A stretch of 58,796 bases of DNA, filler included, from Sphacelaria rigidula (taxonomy: Eukaryota), in the NCBI GenBank assembly GCA_964200075.2. It is 9 parts of 9 records of this genome, joined end to end, with 100 filler letters (N's around TTAATTAATTAA, not from the genome) between each part and the next. Parts side by side here need not be neighbours in the genome. Positions count along the whole stretch, not along the records: positions 19,635 to 26,078 come from CAXNAA020020031.1; positions 26,179 to 32,622 come from CAXNAA020020032.1; positions 32,723 to 39,166 come from CAXNAA020020033.1; positions 39,267 to 45,710 come from CAXNAA020020034.1; 5 more parts are not named here. One strand, written 5' to 3'. Below are positions 26,058 through 39,534 of this stretch, in pieces; position 1 is the first letter of the stretch; each line of letters starts with the position of its first letter. The notes beneath the pieces were generated by a model that did no database searches, was not told the origin of the DNA, and was given only the letters and a program-made list of their open reading frames with translations. Position numbers and translations under genes: made by a program.

Positions 26058-27539
26058 GAGAGGGGGAGGGGGGGGGTGNNNNNNNNNNNNNNNNNNNNNN
26101 NNNNNNNNNNNNNNNNNNNNNNTTAATTAATTAANNNNNNNNNNNNNNNNNNNNNNNNNNNNNNNNNNNNNNNNNNNNTGAGGCCAGAAGAGCTGGGGAG
26201 TCCCTCAACAGCATTTAGACGCTGCAGTACTAGCAGACCTGCTAGCGTCACACCGCAATTTATTTGACGTGAATGAACTTCGTGCAATATACAGTATGTG
26301 GGGCATACAAAACATGGGAAGGCGAACAGGCGCAATATATCTTGCGCAAAAACTATAGTGTGTGCCTAACATGACATAGGACTTATCGACTCATAAATGG
26401 AAGTGAGCACGAAGTTCACATCTAGATTCGCCGAAGCACTTCAAGTCGTAACCTCGGTGCTGAATACACTCCACACGCTTGCCCGAAACGGGTTCGGTAT
26501 AAACCTCTGAATATTGGCCGCATGGTAACAAGCGATGAGCACGGCCAATAATATATGCCGAAAAATCGGTGCGCGGCTGTACTACGATTTATGCTGTTCT
26601 ATTCGGACGACTCACCCCACGGATATGCCACGATATAAGTACAACGTGTATAGGCACACAATGTAGTCACCGCAACGCGCCCCAATATACGTTATTTGGG
26701 CAATATGGTGCCGTCTATGCGTTCCAATACTTTTGTATGTAGGTATTGCACTCGTTGGTTGGGTAATGCGGGTGCCCCCTCTGCGCTCCAACCTAACCAA
26801 ATGAGCAACCCCCACCCGCCACCGACTGCATGCGCGCCACTGCTTGCATTAATTCTTCCCCTCTTTTCGCCTTGCTGCCTTTTTCTTCTTTCTACGAGTA
26901 TTTGAATATTTTTAAAGAGATTGCCCTGTGACCAGGGCGCTTTCAATTTCAATTTATTTCGGTGTTTGTGACGTTGCGGTCTTCGATTATCGATGTGAAA
27001 CCGGAGTGGTCTCGGTTGGGCCCTTGTTAGACGTGGCTCTAAAATGAAGGTCTGCCGCACGTACCCGGTGTATGGTGATGTGTCGTTGCACGGAAGCCCA
27101 AAGTTGTAATGGAGCATGAATCGTTCATGTTATCGCCGTCGCCCTACATTTGCAGGGGCCTGCAGCAAACCGGCGCTGAGACGCGAGCCGTTTCCCGGCA
27201 AATTCCCGCTAGGTCGTCCCGCACTAATCCCATCCATCACCATACCTGCCTGTTTCCAAGTACACGTACAGGACTTGCTTCCCGGTATGCCATACACTAT
27301 AAGTTGAAAACTGTTGTTTCTCGTGTAGGCAGGAGACGACGTCAAGCGTCAAGCAGCTGCACGCTGGGCCGAGGGGCCCCATATCGGGAAATGACGGCAC
27401 CCCCCCCCCTCCCCCGAGGTCGCTCAAATCTCATTCTGGGGCCGTGGAAGGGTGGGGGGGGGNNNNNNNNNNCACTCCGGGACGACCCCCCCCCCCCCCC
27501 CCCCCCCCGCGGCCCCCACAATCTCCTGCGGGGCCCGTG

Positions 27540-27570
<31 letters not shown>

Positions 27571-30504
27571 GGGGACCCCGGGTACCCTATTTGAGGAGGG
27601 GGAGTACCCCCTGATCGATGGATGATGGCGACAGCAGTTACTGTGTGTGCGCGCATTGGTCTCAAAACACAGATCCATGTACGGTACATGAAATATGCTG
27701 TCTTCTGCTGTGCTCGACACTGCGTATCAACCGCAGCGTGACGCCTTCGGCGGTACTACCTGCTCACTGCACAGCAGCAGGGTGCAGGGTGACAAAGCAC
27801 ACCGCAGGACGTCATATCCTTAGCCATTTCCTGTCCTGCATTGATTTCGCGCTGTCCTATGCAGTTCGTCACATCATGAACGCAGCCGCTAGTATCTGCG
27901 GTCAACGTGTACGCAGGACATAACCCCTCGCGACGCGCTCTATCGCTGCGCCACATTTTTTATTTTGTCCGTGTTGCAGCAACGCGTGCGTTTGCCCCAG
28001 GCGGTGCACGCAGGAGTGAAAGGCCGCCTGCGCCGCTGTAATGGCTGACTGTATCTTGGGCGAAGCTGTATGGTAACACAGCTGCTATGGCGCGAAAGTC
28101 GCCTGTAGCATTCCACATTGGGAAAAACGTTCACACAATATCGTCTCGAAGTGTAGCGTTTCAGTTACCGAGTTGAAGTACGAGTACTACTCGTACTGTT
28201 TAACACAAATTACAGTCGGCAATATATTCTATACCGTGCAATTCGACCCAACGGTCGCTGGGCGAACTGCAGGTGAGGCAATCGCCAAAATATTCACCTG
28301 CAAACTCTGCTCCGGTACATTGTAAGTTGATATCGCTAGAAGGACACTACCATAACCACCTCGCCGGCTGCCAGACTGTTAGGACGTAGAGTCCGCTACA
28401 TTGCTACTGTCAATAAGGGAATGTTGCCCCCTTGTCGGGTGCGCGGGGAAGGGTCCGTGGCATAACGCAGTGGTCGCGTCAAGCAGCTGCACGCTCGGCG
28501 TTCATACTCAATACTTCGATTCGGAGGTAGGCAGCAGCAACTGCTGGGTGTTCAGGTGCCCCTTGGAGCAAGATGCATTTGGTTTCTGTCTGACAACGTT
28601 TTCCCGAAAAAAACAAATCAATGGGGGTTTCAGACGGGAAAAGCTAGTAAAAACAAATCGCAAAAACAAATCGCAAAAATCATGTCGCAAAAATTGAGTC
28701 GCAAGAAACCGGTTAGTCGATTTTTTACCCGAAGCAGAAAACAATTTCACTTCGTGGAATCGGAATTCCAGGCACTAGTTGTCCCTTAAAGGGCCGCTGT
28801 TTTTCTGTATTTCATCTCCTCCCTTTGTTCGTCGCATCTCTGTTTTTTTTCCTTTCGTCTCGCCGCATTTTGCGTCATTTTGCGTCATTTTTCATATCAT
28901 TTTCAAATTCCAGGTGATAAGTTTCTTCAAATGGTTGTTGTCTTTTCTCCCCTTCTCCCGATGGTTGCATCTACGTATGCCTGATCATGTATATTCCCTC
29001 TGTTTCGTACGTCTGTGCCGCAAGGTTGTACTTCATAATATAATGACCTTCAATTTTAATACGGAATGTTGATTCCTCGGAACCCTTTACGCAAGATTGA
29101 GTCTCGACTTTATTCGACACCATCAATCCACCAGCAACCCGGAGCCGCCGTGGAGGCGGCTCAATCTACTCCTGCTGAACTAACCAGCCCGCCCTGCTTT
29201 GCCTTTTTTTATTGTGGTGATCTCTACCTCGACAATCCGTTCCAGCGCCTTCAACAACTTATATTTGAGTACCTCTTAGACAGCTATGCCACCCCCTCTC
29301 GAGCGTGCCTGGGTCAAACGCGGGGAACATTCTGTAAATGAACTTCTAAAAATAATTCAACGGTGCCGTCGCGCGCCGCTCAAACCCTGCTGATTGGAGA
29401 TGCCAAATGCCCCAAATCATTGAGGTGGAGATTGGGCTACTACTCTGGCTGGATCACGGGCGGAAGTTTCATCCCTCCGTCATCCTTGCTGCTTGTAGAA
29501 AAGTATGGTAGAACAATACAGTACAGTGCAGCACAGTCCTAAGACTATTCATCTGTAGGGTGACCGTCACCTGTAGACGTGCAGCCCAACACAACATCAA
29601 GGCAACGACGATTTGGCTTGAGGGGTAGAAGTCAGTCAACCCAACAACGAGCCGATCCATCGGCGGAGAGATGTACCGGCCTAATCCATATCCATCAATT
29701 CGTGTACGGTAGTTGCTAGCGGCTTGTTTTTACCCCTGTCCACGCTGCTCCCGGCCCTTGCGGGAAGCGGTACGCAAAAGTGTTAGATTCTGCCGTAACC
29801 ACGACACGCACGCGTCGCACGAGCGCGGTTTCCCTTGTCCTCCTCGCTGGTTTGTTGCTATTGTCGTTGCCAATATGTTACAAGTGCGTTCACCAGAGGT
29901 GGATGCTGAAAAGAAAGCCGGATACCATAATCAACTTCAAAGCAAAATCAAGTAAAGAAAGGAGTGTGCATGTATATTCAGTACTCAAATCAAGGCATTT
30001 TGACCTAGAGAGACCTGAGCCGCTCCCAACACCGCGTTAACACGTGTTGAACGCGGAGGTATCGGTTTATGGGTGCGTTTTTGATCGAAAATAATACCAA
30101 ACATTCTTCTAGATTTCGACCTCGCGCTTTCCGCCGATGTGATTGGTTCACCATGAGCCGGGAAATGTCTGGAGTCACAAAGGGTTTCGGTGGGCTTCGC
30201 CGCCACGCTCGGTGGATCGAATTCCAAGACACTTGAGCACCGGTGATAGGTATGCGCGTTGCGTCGAGACACTGACATAGTTTGAAGGAAAGGCCGTAGC
30301 TGCTCATCAGCTGAGCAGGTTGTGCGTGACCTTGCACGGTTTTTTGTCAGAATGCAATGGGTTACGATTCAGACGGGTGTATAGCACACGCAAAGAGAGG
30401 ATCAGCACTCGTTGAAATGATGGAACTTCCGGGAACAAAATGACACAGAAGTAGACGTACTCAAACATTTGTAAAAGACGGCTCACAATGTGCCCTTTTG
30501 ACCC

Positions 30505-30606
30505 TTTGACTGCCAGCGGTGGTGCATTTGTGAATTGCCATCATTTTCATTCGTTTCAAGTGGGCGTGATGCCAATTCACACATGAACCACCGCTCAGCA
30601 GTCAAA
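30505..30606. repeat. About 100-bp hairpin with about 39-bp arms
   Basis: tttgactgccagcggtggtgcatttgtgaattgccatca pairs with tgatgccaattcacacatgaaccaccgctcagcagtcaaa. Confidence 0.75.
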
Positions 30607-32530
30607 AACAACAAACAAACGATGCCGATTCAAATTTGAAGAACTGGGGGAGGAAATGCAAAAAATACATCCAGTCATCGCTGATGAAGCCAAACCTGCA
30701 GCAACAGAAGAGGAGAGAAAAAAGAAAGAGATACGCGTGCGGGATCAAAACACGCTCGAGGTGTAACGCCCATGCAGAACACAGTGCGGAAAGCAGACAT
30801 ACTCCAACCCCAAGCACAAGCTCAAGCACAACGAACACGTTGGTGTTGCTCAGATATTGTCCCACGGATGTTGTCAGAGCGGTACAGAACAGAAGACCCG
30901 CCATGAAAGCATTTGGAGCGGTCTCGAGAGCGGCCCACAAGATGCCCTTCAACCCGACTAAGCGAACATAATGATACTGATAACCTGCGACCGTTTTAGA
31001 TATGATACCGATTCAACTTCAAAGCAGAAATGATGCCCATCGAAAATTGAAACAACAATCCGGCTGACCATTTGAGACGTGGAGCTGATTCAGATTCAAA
31101 CTGATAATGAAGATTGAGAGGTGACGATGAACTAAAGCTGCGGCATCGGAACAGAAACAGCAAATGAAGGAACAGACATGCGTGTGGGATCAAAACACGC
31201 TCGAGGTGTAACGCTCATGAATGACTCAGCGAGGAAAGAAAATGTGCTCCAAATCCAAACAGAAACAGAACACGCACTAATGTCGAGTTAATGCAAGAGA
31301 GAAGAAGATGAGCAAAACGATGTAGTCAAACATGATGCCGATCGAAAAGTGTGAAACGACCCGGTAGAGACGAATTCTAAATCGGTGGCCTCTCAGGCAT
31401 CGACAGCAAGGTGACGTGTCTACAGGAGAGGCAGCTGACGGGAAAACCAAAGGATATAGGATTGAAAGTATCCGAAGTCAAGTAAAGGCGAAATGCCGGC
31501 CTGTGAGCTCGGCAGCGAAATGACACTCGTTTGCAGTGAAGATATTCGACCCAAAGCTGACTGATATAATTGAGGTAAGGTTTTTGGCGCTTTGCGTCAC
31601 CGCCCAAAACGAGCGATTTCAAGGCGAAGGATAGTGTGGGGTCTTCGGCGCTGAAGATATGACTTGGAGGCCTTTTGAAAACACAAAGAAAGAAATAGGA
31701 TTCTGGAAAGAGGACAAACTATTTGTGTAGGCTGGCGATCGCCTGGATGACTTCGCCGTTCGGGTGGTTCATGGGTCATGACAAAACTGCACGGAAAACA
31801 CCCATCACTGTCCGTCAAACGTAGTCGGAGAAAAGATCTCACAGGAAAAAACGAACCCAACTACAAAGTAATATCATTTTCGGTCAAAAGTTGTCAACGC
31901 GAAAACCTCGCAGAAGAAACCAATTCAGCACTGATCCTGTGCAGCATCGAAAATCAACTGTTGAGTGCACAGAAGACACCACGGCTCGGGGGGTACGGGC
32001 TGGAATGATGCAATGAAGAAATCCCGAACCCCCACAGTCTGAGCAAAACCTTTTGTGCACCCAAGTAGCGACAAAATAAGCGATGCACCCAAGGACACTT
32101 CCGCGGTTCTCCAGGCCAAAGCCTCGCGGGTCCAATTCCGATTGAATTTTTTTTTAATCCGACTGAAAATCGGTCGAGACGTCGAATCCGAGGTGCTTTT
32201 GGCGATATTATCCCTGATTTCGCCTGGAAAATCACCATTTTTCATTCGAGATTACCAGCTCGGGTGTTCGAGGCGGGCCATTAAAAAGGCAATCCGGAAA
32301 CCACATCTACACTGTCGAGTTAGTGAAGGTAGGGAGAACTTGCGGCTTATCCGGAAAATTCCGATATCGGAAACGCCAAGTGAAGTTTCAGACTTGAACT
32401 AACGTATCCTGACAGATGCATCTGCGTTTACACCAACTTGCGGGCTATTATTGCGCACCTTTTGCTTTGATCGTTTCGGTATATTCAAGATCCCATCAAG
32501 AGTCGAAAATTTAGTGTATGCCACGTACGA

Positions 32531-32622
32531 GACACTCTCTACGATACCCCCCCCCCCCCCCCAAACCAGCAAAAAGCGTCACGAAAAAAACGGCCATATA
32601 GCGCCTGGTTTTCGGGTTAAGG
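32531..32622. mobile_element. Terminus of repeat family D (also 45626-45710)
   Basis: Both copies begin at gacact.tcta.gata followed by a C run and aaaccagc, and both run into contig ends. Confidence 0.7.
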
Positions 32623-32778
32623 NNNNNNNNNNNNNNNNNNNNNNNNNNNNNNNNNNNNNNNNNNNNTTAATTAATTAANNNNNNNNNNNNNNNNNNNNNN
32701 NNNNNNNNNNNNNNNNNNNNNNTTTTTTTTTTTTGTTTGTTTTGTTCTATTTTCCACTACACCCCCCTCCCCCTTGAA

Positions 32779-32812
<34 letters not shown>

Positions 32813-34294
32813 GGTATCCAGCGGATGTCGTGCCCCGCCCCCCCCCAACAATGAACAGCAACCCTGAATTAGGAGCTGTGCACACAAATGACACTGCGAC
32901 GCCAGCACAGGAATTAAGGTTGTTCATCCGTCAAGACTATCTATACAGTGAACAGCCAGCAGCCGACGCCTGGGTGCAAAATTATCCCGATAAGGCCGTG
33001 TCTCCATCGAGAAACATTTGATCTGCCTGAAAGCAGACTTGTGACCACAAAAATAGCTTTCAGTCTCGTCGAAAGCACTTTTTTCATTTTTCAGTCCAGA
33101 TGCAAGCCAGATCTGGGCATAGGTTCCAGAACGCGGCAGTTCTAGGAGCGGCTGTTGGTCCAGCCTCCCTGTGCCGGTACCGAAAAGAAGCGACGAGAAA
33201 GCACAACATCTACACACCGAGCCCTGAAAAAATAAATACGCACAGATAACCACCGCCCAGGCGCTTCGGCTTCACCTCTGGCTCTTGCTCATCTACACAC
33301 AGCAGTCTTTGTTTGACGAAAATCCGTTAAATAGTGAAGGAAGGGTGACCTCACGAACGGGTGTGTTCGGCGCGCGTCAGACACAAACTGCTGTTTCTCG
33401 TCGTATTCTGCCCCGATTTCGACCAAGGCAAAGAACAACTTGATCGGTTGATCAGCAGCTACGGCTCGAGGTGAGCGTCTGTTGTTCATGAGTGTAGCGG
33501 GGCTCTTAGCTTCACGTATTTGTGTTGAGTTGCGAATCACTCTCTTGCGCAGCCGCTGCGGAACCCGGTGTGCTCCGTCCCGGCTTTGAGGACACGGAAG
33601 GTTAGTGTCATGACTACAGCACGCAAGATAATGACTACAACCCCCTGCGGTTACGATGTCTATCAAAAGCACGCACACTCACCCACCGCTTACACACATC
33701 AGCCTTAGCGCCAGCCCCTGCTGACCTACGCACAGCAGCCCTCGTCTGACAGAAACATGTTCTGCTTTGGATGAAATGCAATTGTATGCAAGTGGAACTA
33801 CAATCGAAAACGTGCCGTCGCTAACCGGTCGTGTGCGTGTGCTGTGCGCGCGTCTCACGCAAATGTTCGTTTCTCATTGAATTCTAAACAGATTCAAGCA
33901 AAACATACGCAAAAGTTGCTCAGCGAATAGGCAGCTACGGATCGAGCTGTGTGTTCTTGGTTTGCGGGGACAATGCGTTCTTCAGGTCCACCACAGAATG
34001 TGTTGGGTTGGATAGCAAGCCTTTGCATGTGCCTCTATCAACGGAACATTGAGGTTCCCATTTGAGGTGTACACAAGATCCCCTTCGCAAGGGGATATTG
34101 GGGCCTTTGGGGTGGGGTGTTATTGTAGCGACCAATCATCGACTGTTTCTTCACAAGGGGATATTCTCCTTCAATAGGGCCCGGTCTTGAGCCCTAGACA
34201 GGGAGCGTCGGCTCGGAACAGCTTCACAGGCTGATCGTCCGGGGACATCCGGAGGTTTCCAGGGGGCTGGGGCTGGGGCTGGGGCGGAGGCGGC

Positions 34295-34654
34295 GTGTGT
34301 GTGTGTGTGTGTGTGTGTTATCGTCCCGTCTACTCTGGACGCCAGTCTACACTTTTCGGGATATGTGGGCGCACCAGCCGGGGTCACACTGGAGGAAGGA
34401 CAACACAGGAGTTTTTTATTTCTTGTTTGTTTTTGGTACTCCACCTTCCTTACGCGGCGCTTGCCTGTTATTCATCACGAGAGGGGTTCGGCATTCCCTT
34501 TCCCTCGTCGACCGTCAAGTCGAATTTTGTGTACGCACGACGTAGTCGCTCTCCACTGTTGGGCATGGTGTGAGAAAAAATCCCAGATCGCTCCGAGATT
34601 TGAATCCACGACCCAACCGTCAGGAGGTTTCGAGGTTACCGACTGAGCCAGCGG
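34295..34654 (-). mobile_element. tRNA-derived SINE family G, copy 2
   Basis: Reverse match to 14939-15290 with a (GT)n tail. Its 5' tip abuts a family B copy. Confidence 0.8.
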
Positions 34655-35112
34655 GGTGTACTCATGATGTTCCATGCCATAGTAATACGACGATTGACCT
34701 CGCATCCCTACGAAGTCGAACCAGGCTCGTATTCAATCACCACGCGCGAAGCGACGTGATGTGTTCGGCGCATAGCATGAAGGTTGAGCTGCTTCGTACC
34801 AAAAGTTGTGGGCCCGAAGACTACTAAGCATCTTGAACGTAGATAATAGCCTCCAATGAGTTGCTTCATTCTTTGGTATCGCCACTTCCAGACACAGCCA
34901 AGGGTTCCACACTGCCGCATGGACCTCTCGTCGTGTAAAAACTACGTAGGGTGATCATCCCCTTTGCGAATAATTGAGGTTCCCTCACCCCACATACATG
35001 ATCTAGCTCGACCAGCATCATGGTTCCGCAAAACAATGCATGCGCAACACCCCCCGGTAACCTGCTTGCCTAGCTTACCCAAAGAGAGGCATGTTTTACA
35101 GCGTTGTTGCCA
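34655..35112 (-). mobile_element. Family B, apparently full length (about 460 bp)
   Basis: The 5' limit coincides with that of the 52354-52685 copy. Further B copies follow at about 35130-35425 and 35605-35697. Confidence 0.75.
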
Positions 35113-36406
35113 ACCGATGCCCTACGGTTGGGGGGGGGGGGTATTCATGATCATGCATGCGATAGTCATAAGGCCATTGACCTCGCATCCCTACAAAGCC
35201 GGGACGGAGCACGCCGGGTTTTCGCCGGACCAGGCTCGCACTCAATCACCAAGCGCGAAGCGCCGTGCTGTGTTCGGCGAGTCGCATGAAGGGTGAGCTG
35301 CTAAGATTGTTCGGCCCGAAGCCTACTGATTATCTTGCATTTGGATGACAGCCAACAATGAGTTGCCTCATTTTCTGGAATCGTCATTTCCAGAGACTAC
35401 CAAGGGTTCCACACCGCCTCATGGACGCCCCAACACATACGTGAACCAAAACGACAGAAATCGAGCGCACCGAGCAGCTAAAACTCCCATGTTTGCTGCG
35501 ATCGTTTTCGCCAAAGTCGCCTGTGTGAAGGGTCTCATAAAGTCTGAAACCAGCTATCGTGCGCTGGATGGCCATTTTCTTCGTGACAATTTTGGTGCTG
35601 GTTTGGGTGTACTCATTATCATGCATGCCGTACTCGTGTGACCATTGACCTCGCATCTCTACAAAGCGGGGACGCAGCACGCCGGGCTTCCGCCGGATGG
35701 CGCTGGTTTGGGGTGGCGGCGGGCGGGCGGGGGGGGATATTGCGGCATAACTTGGGTAAGAAAATATGTTCTTGTATTCCATACCATTTCCATATTCCAA
35801 ATATCCCGAATTTTTTTTCACTCCCTCAAATCGTTGTGCCATTTGCACGGTATAGGCCAAAACAGCGGCTACCAACCCTGAATACGCGGCAGAAAGCACC
35901 CCCCCCCCCCCCCCCCTGACGAAATGTTATGTATGCCACTCGCCCGCGGTAAACCCCGCGCAACAATACACTCAGAANNNNNNNNNNCCCGCCCCCAAAT
36001 CGTTGGGCCATTTGACCGGTATAGCCCAAACCACCGGCCACCAACCCTGAATACGCGGCAGAAGCCCCCCCCCCCCCCCCCCCAGGTACGGCTATTTTCT
36101 TGTCCCCCGCGCTATCATGCACCCCCCACCCGAATCTGACTCAACTACTGTTCATGCACAAATGTGCATAATCTATTTAAATTCGGGCTCTTGATGAATT
36201 TAAATTTCCCGAAGTATTGAACTCGGAAATCCAAGACCTGACCTGACATAGCGTGGAACTGCCCGGTACTAAAATCGGTATAAAGTGAATCCCGTCACGA
36301 CATAATCAAATGGTCTGGTTCACAGCCCTTAATCTAACGGTTAAGCCGCTTCTTACGGCGTTTTGTCTTCCTGGGAAAATGCGTTTTTTTGGAACTTTTG
36401 CATCGG

Positions 36407-36682
36407 GGTACGCCCTAAAAGAGCGCTAGGCGGATTTTGACACCTTGAAATGCGTTGCTGTACTCGTTGAGACGGTCGCTGCACACTCGTGCACTTTTCC
36501 GGTGGCCGCGTGTTTTCTTGCCTATACTTGTCTGGATTTGACCGGTCTCCGAGAAAAATACAAGTTTGGGCAAAAAAAACTGCCGCCACCGGAAAAACGT
36601 ACGGGTGAGCTGCAACCGTCTCAAAGAGTACAGCAAGGCATTCTAAGGTGTTAGCATCCGCTTAACCCTCTTCTAGGGCGTA
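36407..36682. mobile_element. Diverged fold-back palindrome (MITE-like)
   Basis: tgctgtactcgttgagacggt / accgtctcaaagagtacagca, ttttccggtggc / gccaccggaaaa and tacgccct / agggcgta pairs. Confidence 0.7.
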
Positions 36683-39534
36683 AAACGACGTGTAAGCTCC
36701 CAAAAGGCGATTCCCCATATATTTAATTTTGTTTGCCATAAGAAGCAGCCTCAACGAGACAAAAAAAAAGTGAGAACGTACGGTGAACATGACAATGATT
36801 CTGATAGCTCATGCTCTTTTTTTCTCTTCTTTTGGGATCCTTTCAATTGTTTGAGGGCTGATGCCCCATTATCATAGCCTCCGAAAATCACTCTTAACAA
36901 GATTTCATCATTTCGGAAATAATCAACCTGAGAACGGAGGAACCGTCCGGTGACAATGCGAAAGGGACGTGAAACGGTCATCAAGAGTGGGCTGCTCGGC
37001 TCCTCATGGAGCGCATAGCTGGCTTTCTCATCATCAGCAGTAGCCATGCGTGGAACATGCACCCGACGTGCACAGCTCCCATACAGAGACCCGCAGCTAC
37101 ATCTCCCAGCACTTTGACGAGTGAGCAAGGATGGACCCATCGGTGGTTAGTACGGACCAGGGATTCCCAGCAGGATGGCAATCACGTGCATGGTGCGAGT
37201 TGGGCCCCAGATTCGGGGGAGATGCGGAAGTCTTCGGATCTGAGCAGAAAGATTATGGAAAAAAACAAAGTCAGCGTCCACAGAATCGGAGAATTGATCT
37301 GGTTTTCTTAGGGCTAGGCGAAAAACATTGCCCAACGGACTGGGGTCCGAGAAATCAATCGACGGGAAAAAATCGGATTTACACGGGCTGAAATCCTCAT
37401 ATTTGCACAAATACGGATTGGTTGCCATACAAGATGGTTTAAGGCCGTGTCTCTTTATTTTTTGTCCGACTCGATAACGTGCGGTCGAATCGAATTGGTT
37501 GTTATAAGCTCGTATCTGAAAGGTCCATGTCATTAATTTCTCAGATGACTTCAACTCCACTTTACAATAATTTGCGCACGACGAGAAGGGTGAAAAACAG
37601 AAAAGCTTGAAAGCTTAGCCTTTTTAATGGAAAACACGCGGCGGAAAAGGACAAGGGGGCACTTGACTTCCATCTTGCAGGCCACCACGCTGGGGATCCC
37701 CTTTGTACAGAACAACGTGTACAGGACAATGCAAACCTCAGAATTTTCTCAACAACCGAACGCAAGCCACATCATGTATCACGAGGGGCGCAGAGTACCT
37801 ACACTACAGAAACAGGGAAGCGACACCACCACCCTTTGGGCATGATATGTTTATTTTTGCCGGCCGAAACTTGAGCATATCCTTTCATTGTAGACGTCAG
37901 GGACGGAATTGCGCGGTAAGGCAGGCGATCGACTTGCGAAGACGCTCGTGGACAGTGCAGGCAGTACAAAACTGCACGTAGTTCAAATATTCCTTACATC
38001 CTTGTGCACAAAGAGAGGATGGGCAGTCCTACGCTGTCTGTACTGCACGTTGCCCCCCTTTTTAGATCCTCCTGTACGAAACACACTCTGTGCAGACAGT
38101 ACAGGCAGCACTGTCTGTACTGCCTGTGTTGTATACAGGTGACCAAGTACCGCTTCACGAATTTCGACGTCTTCACTCGAAAGCGTGCAAATAATCTCGG
38201 ACCGAAACGAATTCCGCCACATAACTTCGATTGAGGGTGTCTCCGCACATTTTTTTCGATCGAAAAATTGTTGTGGAGTATAATATTTAGGGTCTGACAT
38301 CGTAGGTCCACCGTATTTCTGTATCTAGCTGGCTTCAGCTATTTTCAATAATCAGTGGCGCGCGGAAAATAAGTGAAAAGCAATAAAGCTAAGGCTTTTA
38401 CGATCGAAAAGATGCGGTCGAAAGGCACCAAGCGGCACTTGACTCCCATCGTATAGACCCAAGGCCAGATACCGCCGGTTCACATAACCATGCAAGAGGA
38501 AAATTTTACGAGATAAGCCCTCCTGGCTAGTAAATTTCCAAGGGCAGGTCGGGTAAGGTATACCCAATATACTTTTTCTTTCAAGTCATACTTAGAACAC
38601 AAACATATGGGTAGAAGATTGAAATCGCACTTAAATTACCGATTTTTTCTTGGGTAGAGTATTTTACAGCATACTGTACTCAAAATGCCCAATTTTTGGG
38701 TCGAGTTTTGAGTTCATACCCAAGTGATACTCTTCACGTACGTATTGCTGAGAGTGCTTACCGCATATTTGGGTAAAGTATTTGAGGTCGTAAATCTACT
38801 CAAACTTCGGGTACGAGCTGGGGCAGCCAAGAGTACGTGTGAATCTCGCTCGGGCGACTCACTGCGCGATATTAGAAGTTGGACGCTGAAATTTGAACAG
38901 CAGCTTTTTATGATCGAAATGAAAAAAATCACGTGAGCAGCAAAAAATAAATAAATTATGGGCATTCGAAATTTAATCAAAAACAAGATATTGTCATGAG
39001 TCCAGGAAAAAAAAGAGAATCGGCAGCTGGTCAGGTGAAGTATCATTTCCTTGGGTGCAGAAGGTATGCCTGAAATTTCAGCTCAAGGGTGGTTGAATTG
39101 GGCCGTGCGCTCAACATTTTCCGTGACGCTGCTGCACCCGTATAAATCAAGTGATGGGAGACTCCANNNNNNNNNNNNNNNNNNNNNNNNNNNNNNNNNN
39201 NNNNNNNNNNTTAATTAATTAANNNNNNNNNNNNNNNNNNNNNNNNNNNNNNNNNNNNNNNNNNNNGATCTCTTGTTCCTTCTCCTTCCGCTCCGGGCCG
39301 TCAGTAGTGTGCGCTCCGTTTCCGGTAGTCCCCAGTCATCTCCACTTTGGGCCACTGCTGTTGCGGGCATCCGCCTCTTCCCTTTGTTCATGTGTCATGG
39401 TTCGATACTCACCGCCTAGCTGGGAATGGTGCCAGTTCAGTGGGCACCTGGGCTAGCGGGCTCAAAACACAATCATTAGTATCGAATCCATTTGAGCTCG
39501 ACTTTACCGAGTGTAAAGTCAGTCACCGCACCAG

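Noticed and set aside
35826..36083. Direct duplication of about 90 bp
   Set aside because: It straddles a 10-N gap beside C homopolymers, so it is probably a scaffolding or read-quality artefact.
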